A DNA stretch of 64,000 nt from Eledone cirrhosa. Lineage: Eukaryota. The stretch's first letter is position 1; every line of letters begins with the position of its first letter. Below, piece after piece: positions 37,935-51,990 of this stretch. The translations under genes were made by a program, and so were the position numbers. The notes under the pieces were generated by a model. The model saw only the letters and a program-made list of their open reading frames with translations. It had not been told where the DNA came from and did no database searches. The stretch lies in the NCBI GenBank assembly GCA_964016885.1, contig OZ024742.1:117056001-117120000 (forward strand). The letters are read 5' to 3'.

Positions 37935-38550
37935 TCAGAAGCAGGTGGAGAAGTTCAAGTATGTCAAGGCTGTTTTTATGAATGATGGAATGCAGAAGGT
38001 TGAATTAAATGCAAGAATTGCAATAGCTAGTGTAATAATTTGCCAACTTTAGCACATGCTCATCAGAAAAAGAGACGTAAGCATTAAAGCCAAACTCGCT
38101 ATCTTCAATTTAGCATGCATGTCAACCCTTACTTTTAGTCATGATTCTTGGATAATGACTGAAAAAATATGATCATGAATACAAGCAGCAAAAATTGGGT
38201 ACCTCTGAAAGGTCTTTGGAGTGATGTTACTTGATAGGGTGTGTATCTTGGAGATCAGGGTATTGCTTCATATAGAGCCACTACTTTTCCGAATCAAGAG
38301 ATCACAGCTCTGTTACAACAGACATGTGGTTAGAATGTCTAAGGAAATAATCATTGGATAACCAGAGACTCAGATGTAGACCATGAGCAAGATGATTGGA
38401 TAACATCCATCAGATGGTTGGACTCGCTGAGGGACACAACTAGATCATTTGGAGGTGATGGATTCTGATAGGACCCTTTGGAAGGATTATCTGAGGATTC
38501 TGCCCCCCCCCCCTAACCCTCCCAGGAATAATTAAGCAAAGACGATGTAT
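37935..38550 (+). pseudogene. Decayed RTE-group LINE 3' fragment (different family)
   Basis: QVEKFKYV..VFMNDG...ELNARIAIAS...KAKLAIFN...HDSWIMTEK...IEPLLFRIKRSQL.Y.RHVVRMS. Confidence 0.75.
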
Positions 38551-40146
38551 CACCAGTCATGTGTTTTATTGCATGCATTGTAGTCGGATCTTAAATAATC
38601 ATAACAATTGATAGAATTTAACTTAATGTCACACCACACAATAAGGTAATTGGTGATGCTAAACTGCAATGATAGTTTGGAAACTTCTGCTCCACCAATG
38701 TAAAATTAGGAAGGACATCAGCATGGACAGCCAGGTATGTCTCCCAATATACCATCAGATGCATCTCCCTTTCTTCAAAGCCACCACCATGACCTGAAGC
38801 TTCCACTCCCATGGCTGTATAACACACACCATTCTAGTCAATACCTTTCCAGTGATGGTGCCTCGGATAAAGATGCATCCAGTCCACTCTGCAAAGTTGT
38901 AGCACTGGTGTCTCAAAGAAAACAACTAGTCTGCAGTGTATGTTGGTAGTACTGGTGCCATGACAAAATTACTTTGTCCACCATGTAAAAAGGTATGGCT
39001 GGCATCGATGTTCCCAGTACACACTTTATAGTGGCTGGTGTTATGAAGGGCATCCAAACTGAAAAACCAAGCCCAAAGAGGAACGTCTGAGCAAGACATA
39101 GTTACCTGACTAGCCTAGTCCCAAAATGGGAAACCCATCTAACCCATGCTAACATAGAAAATAAAGATTAAACAATGATGAGCATGAGGTGGAGGATGAT
39201 AATGATGATGTTGATGACTCTTAAGTACATTATTTCTGAAAATAGGACAGATGTGCTCATGACTGCAATGTCTTTGATAATAGGAATGCTTAATCAGAGC
39301 TCACCTGGTGCAATAACAACATCAGCCATATATATTTTTAGAATAAATGAGAAAGGAATGAAGAATATAGCTTGTTCAAATATAAAGATACTTAGACCTT
39401 AATGCCAAACATAGAATATACATTTGTTATTGACTCTCCTATTTATATAAACATATTTAGTAATTGTAACCATAAAATATTTACTATAAAAAATATGATT
39501 GCAAGATGGAGGGAAAAAAGTAAAAATAATGACATATGAAAACATAGCATGAAATAATTTCCAAATATATATTTGTAGACATTAGTAATAAAATGTTTTA
39601 AATATTGCAGTTAATCAATTATTGTCTATTACTGAAAATGTTAAGCATATATTTTATCATCAACATCATCATCATCACCATCATCATCAGGAGTTATAAT
39701 GTCTATTTCCCTTATTTGCATGAGTTAAATGGGCTGTGCCATTATGAGTTCAGACAGATCAGGTGACCACATCTTGCTCATATGCAACAGCTATAGCTTG
39801 GTTTTCAATGGCTGGATGACCCTCCTAATGCCAGCCACCTAACAGGATGGCCTGACTCTTCTTTCTCATGGCACCAGTACAACCATCTAACAGGATGGGC
39901 TGGTTGCTGTTAACAAGGCACCAGCACTACCTCCTTATGGTACCATTATTGTTATCATTTTTATTCGAACATAAGAATTCCACCCCCATTTTAGGCAAAA
40001 CCATAGATATTTAAGAAGTTTCCTTTGCAGTTATGTAGTTTGGGATTCTATCCCACTACAAGATACCTAGAGGTAGTGTCTACTATAACCTTCGGCTGAC
40101 TAATGCCTTGTGAATGAATTTGATAGATGAAAACAATACACAAGCC

Positions 40147-40189
<43 letters not shown>

Positions 40190-40192
<3 letters not shown>

Positions 40193-40817
40193 TCATCATC
40201 ATCATCGTTTAATGTCCATCTTCCACGCTAGCATGGGTTTGGACGGGAATTTTCCCACTTGAGGCAAGATTTGTTGTCTTGCTCATATAGGACGGACTGT
40301 CTGGAGGGTTTTCTATGGCTGGATGCCCTTCCTAACACCAACCACGTTTACAGTGTGGACTGGGAGGTTTTTACCGTGTTACCTACATGACCACATTACA
40401 GCGTGGACTGTGTGTCTTTTTGTTGTGACACCTACACGACCTCATTTATTTAGGACTGGATGTTTGGTACCAACATAGCTTTACAACAAAAGGGGTGGTG
40501 TGGATGGGGTGGGGGTAGTGGGACAGGGGTGTATTTTTGTTAAGAGGTGCCTACTGACTGTAAGTTTCGCTTTGTACTTAGGCAAGGCGGGCCTTCTGTA
40601 TTACTGTATAGCGCCAAAGATCTCGGTCCAGTGACATTGTCTTGGAGAGGTGTAAGTGTGTGAGGTCGGAATTTATCAAGTCGTCCCAGGTTTTTCTGGG
40701 TCTGCCTACTCCGTGGCTATTGTCTATTTTTATCGCCCTGCACTTTTTTATACAGCTGTCGTCTTTCATGCACATCACGTGACCATACCAACGTAGTCTT
40801 CTCTCGAGTAAACAGCA

Positions 40818-40822
<5 letters not shown>
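40190..40822 (-). mobile_element. Young 5'-truncated RTE LINE 3' end between (TA)n tracts
   Basis: IRCCLLERRLRWYGHVMCMKDDSCIKKCRAIKID...GRPRKTWD is nearly identical to the 59.8-kb copy. Complete 3' UTR and (CAT)n tail. Confidence 0.93.
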
Positions 40823-40859
<37 letters not shown>

Positions 40860-41124
40860 GTTAATAGTAATAATAATAAATGTGAAGACTAAAACCCAAA
40901 GAGGGCTCGATAAGGATAAATACATAATGACGTATTATCTTCGTTTTTTCCGTTCATTGCCAGGGAACATCTTCATGAACCAAATATCGTCTTCCTGTTT
41001 TCCTTCGGTTGCAACGTTTTTCGAAATATTTACTTCTGCGTTCACAGATTGATTTTTTTAGTTTCAGAAAATCCCGTTAAGGGTGAAAGCAGTGATTCTT
41101 TGCTTAATCTGTGGTTTTAATAAA

Positions 41125-41196
<72 letters not shown>

Positions 41197-42669
41197 AGTG
41201 TGTGTGTGTGTATTTGTGTGCATTTGTCTTGTTCACATTTGAGATTTCAAGGCAATGATATTTGTTAATGTTTGACATATATATTATGTTGATGCAGGTC
41301 AGCTGTTATATGTGCAAAGATCAGTATTTCACTAAAAAAATGTTTAAAAGGTAAATATTGGTATCAAGAAGGGCATCTGATAATAGAATACTGTCTCAGA
41401 AAGTCTCAACCAGGCTATGGAGAAGTGGCCATAAAAACGATGATGTTGATTTACATTATACTCTTGAAGCATTGTTGCTGCTGCTACAGGATACACCTGT
41501 CCAGGTTTAAATGGTTTCCCATCAGTTTTCTTCTCATAGAATAATTTTTTTTAAGTTTTGGGCCTTTTTCCTATCAGGCTGTTAATTTTCTGATTACAAG
41601 AATCAGGATTTGGTCTCACAATACACACAACCAGAATTTATATAAGGCATTCTAATTGATGTTCTAATGATACTGCCAATGATACTGTTCTAATGATACT
41701 ATGGACTGATACTATATTTATTAGCTACAAATGTATGAAGGTCAGAGTTTTCCTTGATAGAATTTGAACTAAGAGATTGAAAAGCTAGAAGAAATACTGT
41801 AAAACATGTAATCTCATACTTCAACAATCCTGCCAATTCATTATCATACTCATGGTACATTTTTACCAATTTTCAAAATAAATTTGTTTATGTATTTTGT
41901 CAAGAAAAGCTGTTATCTGGATTTATTACTTGAACAAGAATTTTGTAGCATCTTATTATAACCATTTAGATCAATAACTACATATTTAATGTGTGTATGT
42001 GGGTATGTACATGTGTATGTGTGTGTGTGCATGTGCATATTTTTTCTTTATCATGTGAATAAAAGCTGACCAATCAAAAATGTATGAGAGTCCTTTATTA
42101 ATGAAACAATGTAGAGCTAATATTGTTGAAGTGGTCATTAAATGCTGCTTCTTTCTTCTGCTGATACTACATTAACCAAAAATGAATTTAGAAAATATGA
42201 ATGTCAGTGAAACTAATTTTCTTTGTGAACTAAATATAAAAACTCCATGTTATTTGCTTTAAATATCATTTTAACATGTTAGATTTTCAGTTTTATTCAA
42301 ATTATATTTCAATTTTTTTAATTTCACATTCAATATTTTATTCATTTGAAATTGGTTCGGAATCCTTTCAGGAAGGAATGCTTCATAAAGCACTTTATTA
42401 TGAGGGAAAAAAACTTTAATTCATAAACGCATGTTTTTTATGTGTTTTCTTTTTTTTTTTTACTTTTGGTAATGAATAATTTATGGTCTGTTGAGACAAT
42501 TGACTTCACTCACATGCAATGTAATTTTCGAAATCTTGAGTAAAATATTAATTCATTTGATAATAATGCCTTAAACTATTTCAGTGGTATGAATAGAGAG
42601 GGTTCTAACTATGTAAACATTTTGTACTGTCTGTAAAAAAATAAAATGTTCTTATTATAGTCAAGAAAG

Positions 42670-42890
42670 AGGGCGGTGGATTGACAGTATTGTTAGAGTG
42701 TTGGACAAAATCCTTTGTGGCATATATTTAGGCCCCTTACCATCTGAGTTCAAATCCTGCTAAGGTCAACATTGTTTTTCATCCTTCCAGAGTCGATAAA
42801 ATAAAGTACCAGTAAAGTACAGGGGTTGATTTAATCAACTTTCACTTCTCTTTAAACTGCTGGCCTTGTGTCTAAATTAGAAACCATTAT
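42670..42890 (+). mobile_element. SINE family A (variant tail)
   Basis: GGGCGGTGGATTGACAGTAT...GAGTTCAAATCC...TTTCATCCTTCCAGAGTCGATAAAATAAAGTACCAG. Tail like the 62565-62785 copy. Confidence 0.8.
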
Positions 42891-43594
42891 AATTGCCAAG
42901 AAACAAGGTTATAGATATTGATCCTGATAGGAAATATTGATTCTGAATATATTTGGCTGAATTATATTTATAGACAAATGTGAGGCTGATATACTTCTCA
43001 GTATTTTCTGTGACTATTGACTAGATTAGAAAATTTCAAATTTATAGTGAAGGCACAGGTATGACTGAGTGGTTTAGAAGTTTGTTATGCTACCATGTGG
43101 TTTCCAATTTAGGTGGCATTTTAGGTGTCTTTTATTATTAGCCTCAGGCTAACATATGCATTGTAAATGAAATTAGAAGGAAACTGTGTGGTAGTCCATC
43201 ATATATGTGTGTGTGTATTTTATCAAGTGTGTGTTTTTGTATTAACACCACTTAAGTAGCCAGTAACATTTGTTTATGACCTGTAGTTTAGCAGTTTGGT
43301 GTCCTTGACACAACTGAAGGGTCCTCCCAATCCTTTGTTCGGAAAGCCTACAGCTGGATGTAGATCACCAACACTAATGTGGATGACCTACTGTGTCATG
43401 ACTTAAGGTCGTTTCATATTTCCTTATTTTCAGTTTGGCAAAATAACATTCCTGATGTCACCTTCAGAATGTCATATTAGTGGCATATTATTCATGTGGT
43501 TAACAATGATGATAAAGTATCATGGGAGTAGTAGGAAATCATGAACACCTAATTTAAAATTTTTCGGAGTGTGAAATATGAAACATGGTAGTTA

Positions 43595-43782
43595 TAATTA
43601 GTTTCATGTATGATGTGTGTGTGTTAATTTTTAGTTTATATTTTGATATTAGTAAAGCCTCCATAGTCACTCACCTATAGAGAATTCCACACAAAATAAG
43701 GTGAGAAATTATGGGGGCTTTACTAATATTGAAATATAAACTTACAATGAACACACAGTTACATTATACATGAAACCAATTA
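43595..43782. repeat. Imperfect palindrome with ~82-bp arms and ~22-nt loop
   Basis: AGTTTATATTTTGATATTAGTAAAGCCTCCATAGTCACTCACCT versus AGGTGAGAAATTATGGGGGCTTTACTAATATTGAAATATAAACT; outer arms TTTCATGTAT / ATACATGAAA. Confidence 0.88.
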
Positions 43783-44136
43783 GTATGAAATGAAAGGGAA
43801 AATGATAACTCCATATACAAATTTAGCTAGCCACCTATGAGGTTGCCTCTCAGAGGATATGTCTTGGGTATTTTAAGGATAGGAGCTACATTTCTATCAT
43901 GAAAACAATGTGAAATTAAACCTCTTACACAAGAACACAATACATCAGCTAATTAAGAAATTGAGTCAATGACACTGTGAACAGGACTCCAACGCCTTAA
44001 CAGTTATGTCGATTTGACTCTGAATGTGGTTTATGGTACACTAGCTGAGGTACTCAGCTTTGCCTAGGTTAACAAATGATAAGAGAAGACCGGCAGAAGA
44101 GAAAACGTCTGTATTGAATGCATTGTCTTGTTTACA

Positions 44137-44303
44137 GTGTGTGTGTATTGTGTGTGTGTGTGTATTGTGTGTGTGTGTATTGTGTGTGTGTGTGTGTATT
44201 GTGTGTGTGTATGTTTGTGTGTGTTTGTGTATATATATATATATGTGTGTGTGCCTGTGTGAGTGTTCGTGTGTGTGTGCCTGTGTGAGTGTCCGTGTGT
44301 GTG
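44137..44303. repeat. (TG)n-rich compound microsatellite
   Basis: Direct reading. Confidence 0.95.
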
Positions 44304-47099
44304 GAATTGGCGACATAGGTCACAAAACACGATCATCACTGACAAAGAACTCGCAGAGAGAATCCCTTATGGTTGATTCCCAACCTGCTAGAAATAGCAG
44401 TCAGGTTGGTTAGCATATGTGGTATGTCTTTCTTCTTATTTGGTGTTATAAAATTAGTATCAATAAACTTTCCTGGATATACTCTTATCCAATCCTGGAC
44501 ATACTTTCCGATTGTCACTTTTTAGTTTTTTTCCTGTGATACGCGAAGGAACCAACCAACAAACATCTCTCTTTTATATCTTTTATTTGTTCATTCAAAA
44601 TATTTTTCAGCTAATTCTGTTGTACAATATACATCAGCAATCGTTATCTAATTTTTAAAACATATGAATAGCTGTGATATATGCACCATATCAATCAAAA
44701 ACCATATGAGAATTGAATACCATACTAAAGCACTAGTAAGCTTGCTAAGAACTTGCAGATAGAAATGTTAATAAATACAACATTTGGCTTGGGTAAACTT
44801 TAAGATGTTCTTTCATTGTAGGTTTCTTTTCACAGCCAGTACGTTAAAGAAAATTGATAGTTACAACCATAAAAGTTGAACAGAGAACAAATTTTTTAAC
44901 AAACTTTACAATAATTTGTACAACCATAATGGAAATTCCAAGTAACAGAAAATACATAAATTACATTGTTAGAGCCTCAGAGTATACAATATATTTTGTT
45001 CGGCCCTCGGGAGCAAAGATGAAGAGATTGTTTGGGGAGCTCACTCTAGAGCATCCTACATACAATTGACCATGGTTTTCCCAGATGAAGGCCAGCCACT
45101 TTTAGGGTTTGACCCTGAGCTTTGTTGATGGTAATTGTGAAGCTTAGTCTCTCTGTTGCTCTAGTAACATTTTTTCTTCTGGAAAATCTGATCTTGCGGC
45201 CAGGCTAGGACATTTTGGGTGGCATATCGGCAGTAACAATGTATAGTATAGATTATGGTTGAAATCAACTATCAAGAACTAATAAAGGAATATGAAATGT
45301 CTTTAATAAAAAATGATCAAACTGGAGTACAGTCATGTTTTCAATATAATTTATTTGAAAGAAAAGATGTTCCCTACTCATACACCCACACACACATACA
45401 TTATACAACTATTTGATTGAAGTAACCAGCAGATTGTCTTCAGTTGAAAATCTTCTTATCATCGATAATGTAATCAATATTTTTTAAATATGTATGCCAC
45501 CTTCAGTATCCACTAACACCTAATCATATATTTTCCTACTTAACTTTTCTTGGCAAAACTGATGACTATTTAAAATTTATGAATTTGTTATAGATTCTTT
45601 TTAAATATTAATGATTCTTTTACTTATTCGTCATGAGAGCTTACATATAGAATACAATGAATATCATAAACAAAGTGGTTATAACATATGTAGGGTTGGA
45701 TGAAACAAAGTTATATAAAAATGGTTCTAAGGACAAATACATTATGCAGTGTATGTAGGAACCAATAGCCCTAATTGAGTTTTCAGGGTATAGTAGTGTC
45801 TTGCAGCTTTTCTTGGTTATATTTAAAGCTTGGTAGAGCCCATCTCCTCTCCGGTTCTGAACACAGCTGATTTCTTCAAGAGAATGACAAAGAGAGATAG
45901 AGAATTGAGAAATAGATAGAGATGAAGAAAAGACCTTAGTATTGGACTGGTGCTTTTTATCGACTTCAGAATGATCAAATTCAAAGTTGAACTCAATTGG
46001 ATTTGTACTAATACCACAAAGCATTCTATCCACCATTCTAACAACTCACGTTATGCAACAGACATATTCAAATTGGATAAAAACATGAAATAAATATAAA
46101 AATATAAAACACACAAAATTTACAAAATATAATGATATAAACCAGGAAAAATCATTGAGGATTACACACATAAGGAAGAACCCACTAGTTAAGTTGAATG
46201 AGAGCACCCCACATTTCTGCCCACCACCACTCATTATATTTTTCTCGGGTATCACCAAAATTATCAGCAAGCTGTTCTTCAGGGAGAAAGCTCACCAATA
46301 AAAGAACTTGTATCTTCTGGGCAAAAAGTCTTTGTTTTTTTATATACTTCTCTGGCTAGTTAAACAAAATATCTGCTTATCAAGAGTTGTAGGTAAAGAT
46401 TCCCCAACTTTTAATCCATTCACATTTCAAATGTTTCTTTCTCTTCTCTTCCAAATGGTATATCGAGTTCATAGACATAGCCACTGATTCTGATGACCAT
46501 GAACTTGAACAGTTCCCAGTGTTTGGGCAGTTTCTTGGAACATCCTGGCAGGGTTTATTTATTAATTCTTTTGTTTTTGTTTCTTTTCTTCTACTATTGT
46601 AACAGTCTGCTAGTTATCATTGGATTCCATATGATCAACCAATCTTTGTAAGTAAATGTAGTGTTATTGCTAGAAGTAGAGCGTCAACATTATCTACCTT
46701 TGGAATCATGCCTGAAGTAACCCCCCCCCCCCCTTCCCTGCTTTCGTTAGACTGAGAGAAAATACTTAAACATTTTTTGTTTCTAGGATTGGGAATTAAG
46801 TGATATTTACTGCTAATCTTCTGAGCTACAACCAGTGTTATGGCTGGTAGTGCTACTAAAGCAGTGATTTCCGGACTCTGCACACTCTTCTTTTGTTTGT
46901 TTTTTTTCAATTATTCAGGGCAGACATTCCTCAAATGGCTTTGGTTTCCACAAATTTAACAACTGATTTTTTTTTCCCTTTTACTCTGCACTAACAATGG
47001 GGCACAGCACTGGAATGACCTTGTGGTTCTAATGTGTCATAAGAACTTGCAAGTTCACATTGACCCTACTTGACCATATCAGTAATTTGTTTTGGTTTT

Positions 47100-48190
47100 T
47101 TCTCACCCCAAGCAAGGTAATAAAGCCAGTAAAATGCAAAGAGATACTGAGTAGTGAAAAGGACTAAACAGAGAGAACTTAATTCAAGGAGAGAGATGAT
47201 GATTAATGTTGCTTTTGAATTTCTGGAAATTGTAGTGGTCAGAAAAGCAAGAAGCTGAGAAAGAATTCCATAAGCAAGACATGTGAAGGAAGAAATCATT
47301 AGAATAGAATTTGTGATTGAATTTGGAACTTCAATTGTAAACATAGCCACCAATCTGGTGTGCTGTTTAAACCCATGAAGTCAAAGTAACAATGAAGAAA
47401 ACTCATCAGAACAAATCCCTTGAAAATATTTATAAAAAAGACACAGAGAGGCAACATTTCAATGGTGTGGTAGTGATTGAAACCAACATGAAAAGTCAGG
47501 ACCAATAATGTAGATGATTCCTCCTTGGATCTTATCCAAACTCTGAAAGAGCACGAGAGAAGCACCAGAACAAATGTGGCAAAAATTCTCAATAAAAAGA
47601 CAAATGATAGGCTTATAGAGATATATTTTCAGGTGAAAAAAGTTTTTTGGCACAACAGAGTGAACCAACTTTCTGGGCAGCAGACTTGGCAATTGACATG
47701 ATATAATCATTCCAGCTCAAATCAGAAGGAAATGTCAGGCCAAGAAGGTGTATAGAATTGCTCTCTCAGAGAATATGATCTACCATACTAATGGAAGGAA
47801 AAAGTGGTGTTAAAGTAAACAAGCCATTTCTTGCTCCACTCAACAACAGATCAAAGGTCATATTCAAGATCAACTGCCAATTCAACTTTATCAGACATAT
47901 CAGACTTACAATTAAGCCAAAAATAAAGAGTTGTGTTATTAGCATAGATACAAAGCTGAGAAAATATATCATAAGGATGGTCATTGATGAAAATTGAGAA
48001 TATTATAGGACCCAGGATAGAGCCCTCTGGGACAACTATATTAATGTGGAAAGACCTAAAAGACTGATTATTCAAGACAACCTTTAGTTCACAATTTGAT
48101 TAGAAAATCTCAATCACTTTGAAAATCCATTCAGAAACACTATAACCCCTTGTGAAGCAGACCAGCATGCCAAACTCTGTCAAAAGTCTA
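47100..48190 (-). pseudogene. Decayed CR1/L2-group LINE RT fragment
   Basis: INIVVPEGSILGPIIFSIFIND...LCIYANNTTLY (GVPQGSILGP and YADD motifs, decayed). An FDRVWHAGLLHK-like segment lies at ~48150-48185. Confidence 0.75.
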
Positions 48191-48656
48191 TAGTTGGCAC
48201 TTATTACATGCCAATATTGCTTTACAGAGATAACAATGAGCTAGGGTTCAATGTTCCTCGATAAGCTCCTGACTGCTCCATGCACTGGGTCACAAGTTTA
48301 TGAATGGCTGTTTCTTGCACTATCTCTGTGTTTTCTCACTCCCAAAAGGTAAACAAATGACACAATAAGTTTTTATTTCCTTTATCTATAAATAATATAT
48401 AAGCTCAAATATCTACTAAAGCTTATTTCAGCTCAATTTTTGAGAGCAAAAAGGGAAACCACCACTCTACGTTTGTGAGATAAAAATAGATTAGCTTTCT
48501 CCTTACCTGCTTCTGAATAAATACTTCAGCCAAGAAGAGGGGACTTTCTTCCAATACAACGTCACCACTGTATGGTTTCCAACTGTAAATTTTCCATGTT
48601 CAAATGTTACTTGTCAAAGACTATGCAAGTAAAATTAGTTCCATTATTAAATGTCG

Positions 48657-48915
48657 GTAAAGTACCAGTAATCCACTGGATAATTGCTGGCCTTGTGCCA
48701 AAAGTAGAAACAATTATTAAATGTCGGTGGATTGGCAGTATCAGTAGAGAGTCAGACCCCATGCTTTGCAGCATAGTTAAGGCCCTTTATTGTCTAAGTT
48801 CAAATCCCGATGAGGTTAACTTTGCCTTTCATCCATACTGGGCCAATAAAATAAGCACCAGTAATGCACTGGGATAATTGCTGGCATTGTGCCAAAAGTA
48901 AGGCAATTATTAAAT
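48657..48915 (+). mobile_element. SINE family A preceded by an extra copy of its own 3' end
   Basis: Tail fragment 48659-48720, then a full element 48725-48912. ATTATTAAATGTCGGT is duplicated at 48643 and 48713. Confidence 0.82.
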
Positions 48916-51651
48916 ATTTCACTTGGCAACATTTGTGCCTGTGTGTGTTTGTGATACCATTAATATTGTCACCAAACACGTTTTCAAAACAATTCTCATA
49001 TTTTCTCTTCTAAACAATGTAAAGAATGATGATGATGATGGTTGAGATGGGGTGAGTGTGATGTGGTAGTGGTGGTGATGGTGATGGCAATGGTGATGAG
49101 GATGAGGGTAATCATAGTAATGATGATAATAATGATGCTAACTTTTATCAGCCACATGGGCCCAGAATGCTGGAAACAGTACAAAGACAAAATAACAAAG
49201 AAAATAAACAAGCAAGAAAGAGTAAGTTGTTTACATTGAGTAAAGAGTGAGATGAAAAATAGCAATAGACACATTGATTAAGAGATAAAAATAAACAAAA
49301 GATCACAAGTGAGGAAAGAAAACAACAAAATATATTTTTAGTTACCCTATACATAACTGAGGATTACATTAACTTATCAAAGACAAATGGGTTATTCCAG
49401 TTCTTGCCACCAACCTACTGCCACATAGTTAGAGTAGGTTTATGTTGATGTCCTACTGTATTTCTTTTCTTTTTGTGGCACTTCTAGTTAGTATACACAC
49501 CAAGTACTGTTCATTGTGGCAACATTTTTCACATTTCCAAGACTAAAAATAGCTACCAATTCAATGTTGGTCTTGAGGAAATGTTGTAAGTTACTTTTTG
49601 TGTGACACTGCTTCAGATGGACATTCACCACTTTTCACCATCTCTCTATTATTTTCTAGTTACTGCTTATTTTTAAAGAAATTCTGTCATCTTTCTTTGA
49701 TAAAGTCTGACTCAACCCTAAAATACTATGCCTGTCTATTGAGTGTTACATTGTTAGATGATCAGGTAGGTTATATGTTTTGATGGTTTAATTAAACCAA
49801 ACAGAAATTTAAGCTGCCTACTATCAGCTGTCACTCAATATCGTCTTACACAGCAATTTCAAATATTGTACATACTAATTGGCTGGTAGTGTGAAGTTCT
49901 GCTATATTTGTTGACAAAACATATTTATGGCTATAGGTATTAGAAGATAACCAGCCAATTAGTCTGTGTGCACACATACAAACACACAACTGGCAGAGTC
50001 ATTAGAGCATCAGATACAATGTCTTGCAGTATTTGCTCTAGCTCTCTGTATAATGAGTTTAAATTCTACCATGGTTAACTTTGCCTTTCAGTTTTCTGAG
50101 GTTAATAAAATAAAGTGAAGGGTAGACTGTATGATACTTGCATGTGAATAGCAATGCTACATGTCAGTGAGTCATGGACCTTAGCTGCAGAAGATCCATG
50201 AAGGCTAAAAATATAGGAAGCATATATACTCCAGTTGATGTATAATGTTAGTGAGTGTGTAGGAACAACATAACTTAAGTGAAATAAGAGGAAAATACTG
50301 TCTTCTATTTGCCTATTATTTTATGTTGTATTTTAAAAACAAATTCTCTATCTTATCACTTTATATTCTTACTCTTTTTGTAATTTTTAAAAAATTCTAT
50401 CTACTTTATTTTTTCTTAATCTGAAAGTTGGTATATAATGGATATTTTAGCTTTGTTTTAATTCATTTATGTCTCAAATCTTCTAATGAAATGCTTCGAT
50501 AATTGCTTAGTCAGAGAACATAATGCAATATCGACATATAAAATTTTAAATTGCGTAACTGCTAATGAGAAGCAAAATGGAGTAATAAAACTATTGAAGA
50601 AGATTATGCAAAATAAATATAATTTTCATCATCTACTTTCATTATAATATATAACATCATCATCATCATTCAACGTCTGCTTTCCCTGCAAGCAAGGTTT
50701 GGACAGGTCTACATAGATCAAATCAGTAATGAATTGGGGCTACTGACTATCTAGACAGGCTGGGGCCTCTGCATCTCACTTACATACAATCTTGCATTCT
50801 ATTGAGTGCACAAAATAGGTTGTCATACACTGCAGAATTTTTTCAATTGATGTCCACATGTTCTTTCTGAAAAAATGGTCTAGGCCAGACTAAAATTCGG
50901 TTTAATCTTTATTACATACCATCCCTTGCACACAAGTTACCTCACACCCTTTTTCATATTAGAATTATCTCCCTTACATTTATTTATATAGTTCAAACAA
51001 TTTATTTAATCTAATTATTTGAGAATTTCTAGAGTTCCATAACCGTTACTTTAGACCTCTCCTACATGATTAAGTATTTCCCTGGAAGTAACTCCATCAC
51101 AATATGGCAGACAGAATGAATTGGTGTTAAAGTCAATGAAACTTAAATATCTGCATATTCCACTGATGTAATTTATTATATATATATATATAACGGCTGA
51201 AAACTTCCTCAGCCTTTTTGGATTACTGCTGGAAACTGATTAGCATAGAGCTTCTATTCTCTTTAGCAGGATCTATTTTGGTAAACTCCAATATAACCAT
51301 TCATATATATATATATCATCATCATCATCATTTTACGTCCGCTTTTCCCTGCTTGCAAGGGCTGGACATATATGTATATATGTGTGTATGTATATATATA
51401 TTATATATATATATATATTCTTCTTTAGTTCCTTTTGTTCCCTATGGAACATTGGGAAAATTCTATCATTTCTCTATCAGCTTTCATTAATGCTATCCTC
51501 ATATTCCATGCCTTTTCACTTCTCAGCACAAACCGGAAACCAACATAGCATTCTAAAGTCAAGATGGAAGGAGGAATCCATTTTAGGTCCTGTTAGTCAG
51601 AGTCAGCCTGGAACTCAAATCACATCACCCTATTTTCAAAAGAACATTATG

Positions 51652-51990
51652 TCCAGCATGGAAATAATGTTTCTTTAAATTGTTTCACTTCACTTTCAAA
51701 GAGGCCATGGGTAATGATACTTCTAGTTTTGAAATAATGTTCCTTTAAATCCTGTATAATGGTATATCAGATATTGAACTAACATTTCTTCAAATCTCTT
51801 TGCCCTGTTTTAAAAGTAACATTAGATAACGTTATGTCTAATAATGAAATAACCTTTCTTTGCATTCATGTTTCGTTAAATTCTAGAAACAGTACATCTA
51901 GTATTGATATAACATTTCTTCAAATAATTTTATTATTAATGCAACACTAAATAATGCTATATCCAGTATTGAAATGACGTTTCTTTAAAT
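51652..51990. repeat. Six degenerate 29-bp repeats with 16-41-bp intervening segments
   Basis: Consensus ~TCYAGTATTGAAATAAYRTTTCTTYAAAT at 51652, 51722, 51767, 51837, 51897 and 51962. Confidence 0.8.

Noticed and set aside
51652-51990. CRISPR array (repeat contains ATTGAAA)
   Set aside because: Repeats are too degenerate, spacer lengths are irregular (16-41 bp) and partly homologous, and there is no leader or cas gene.
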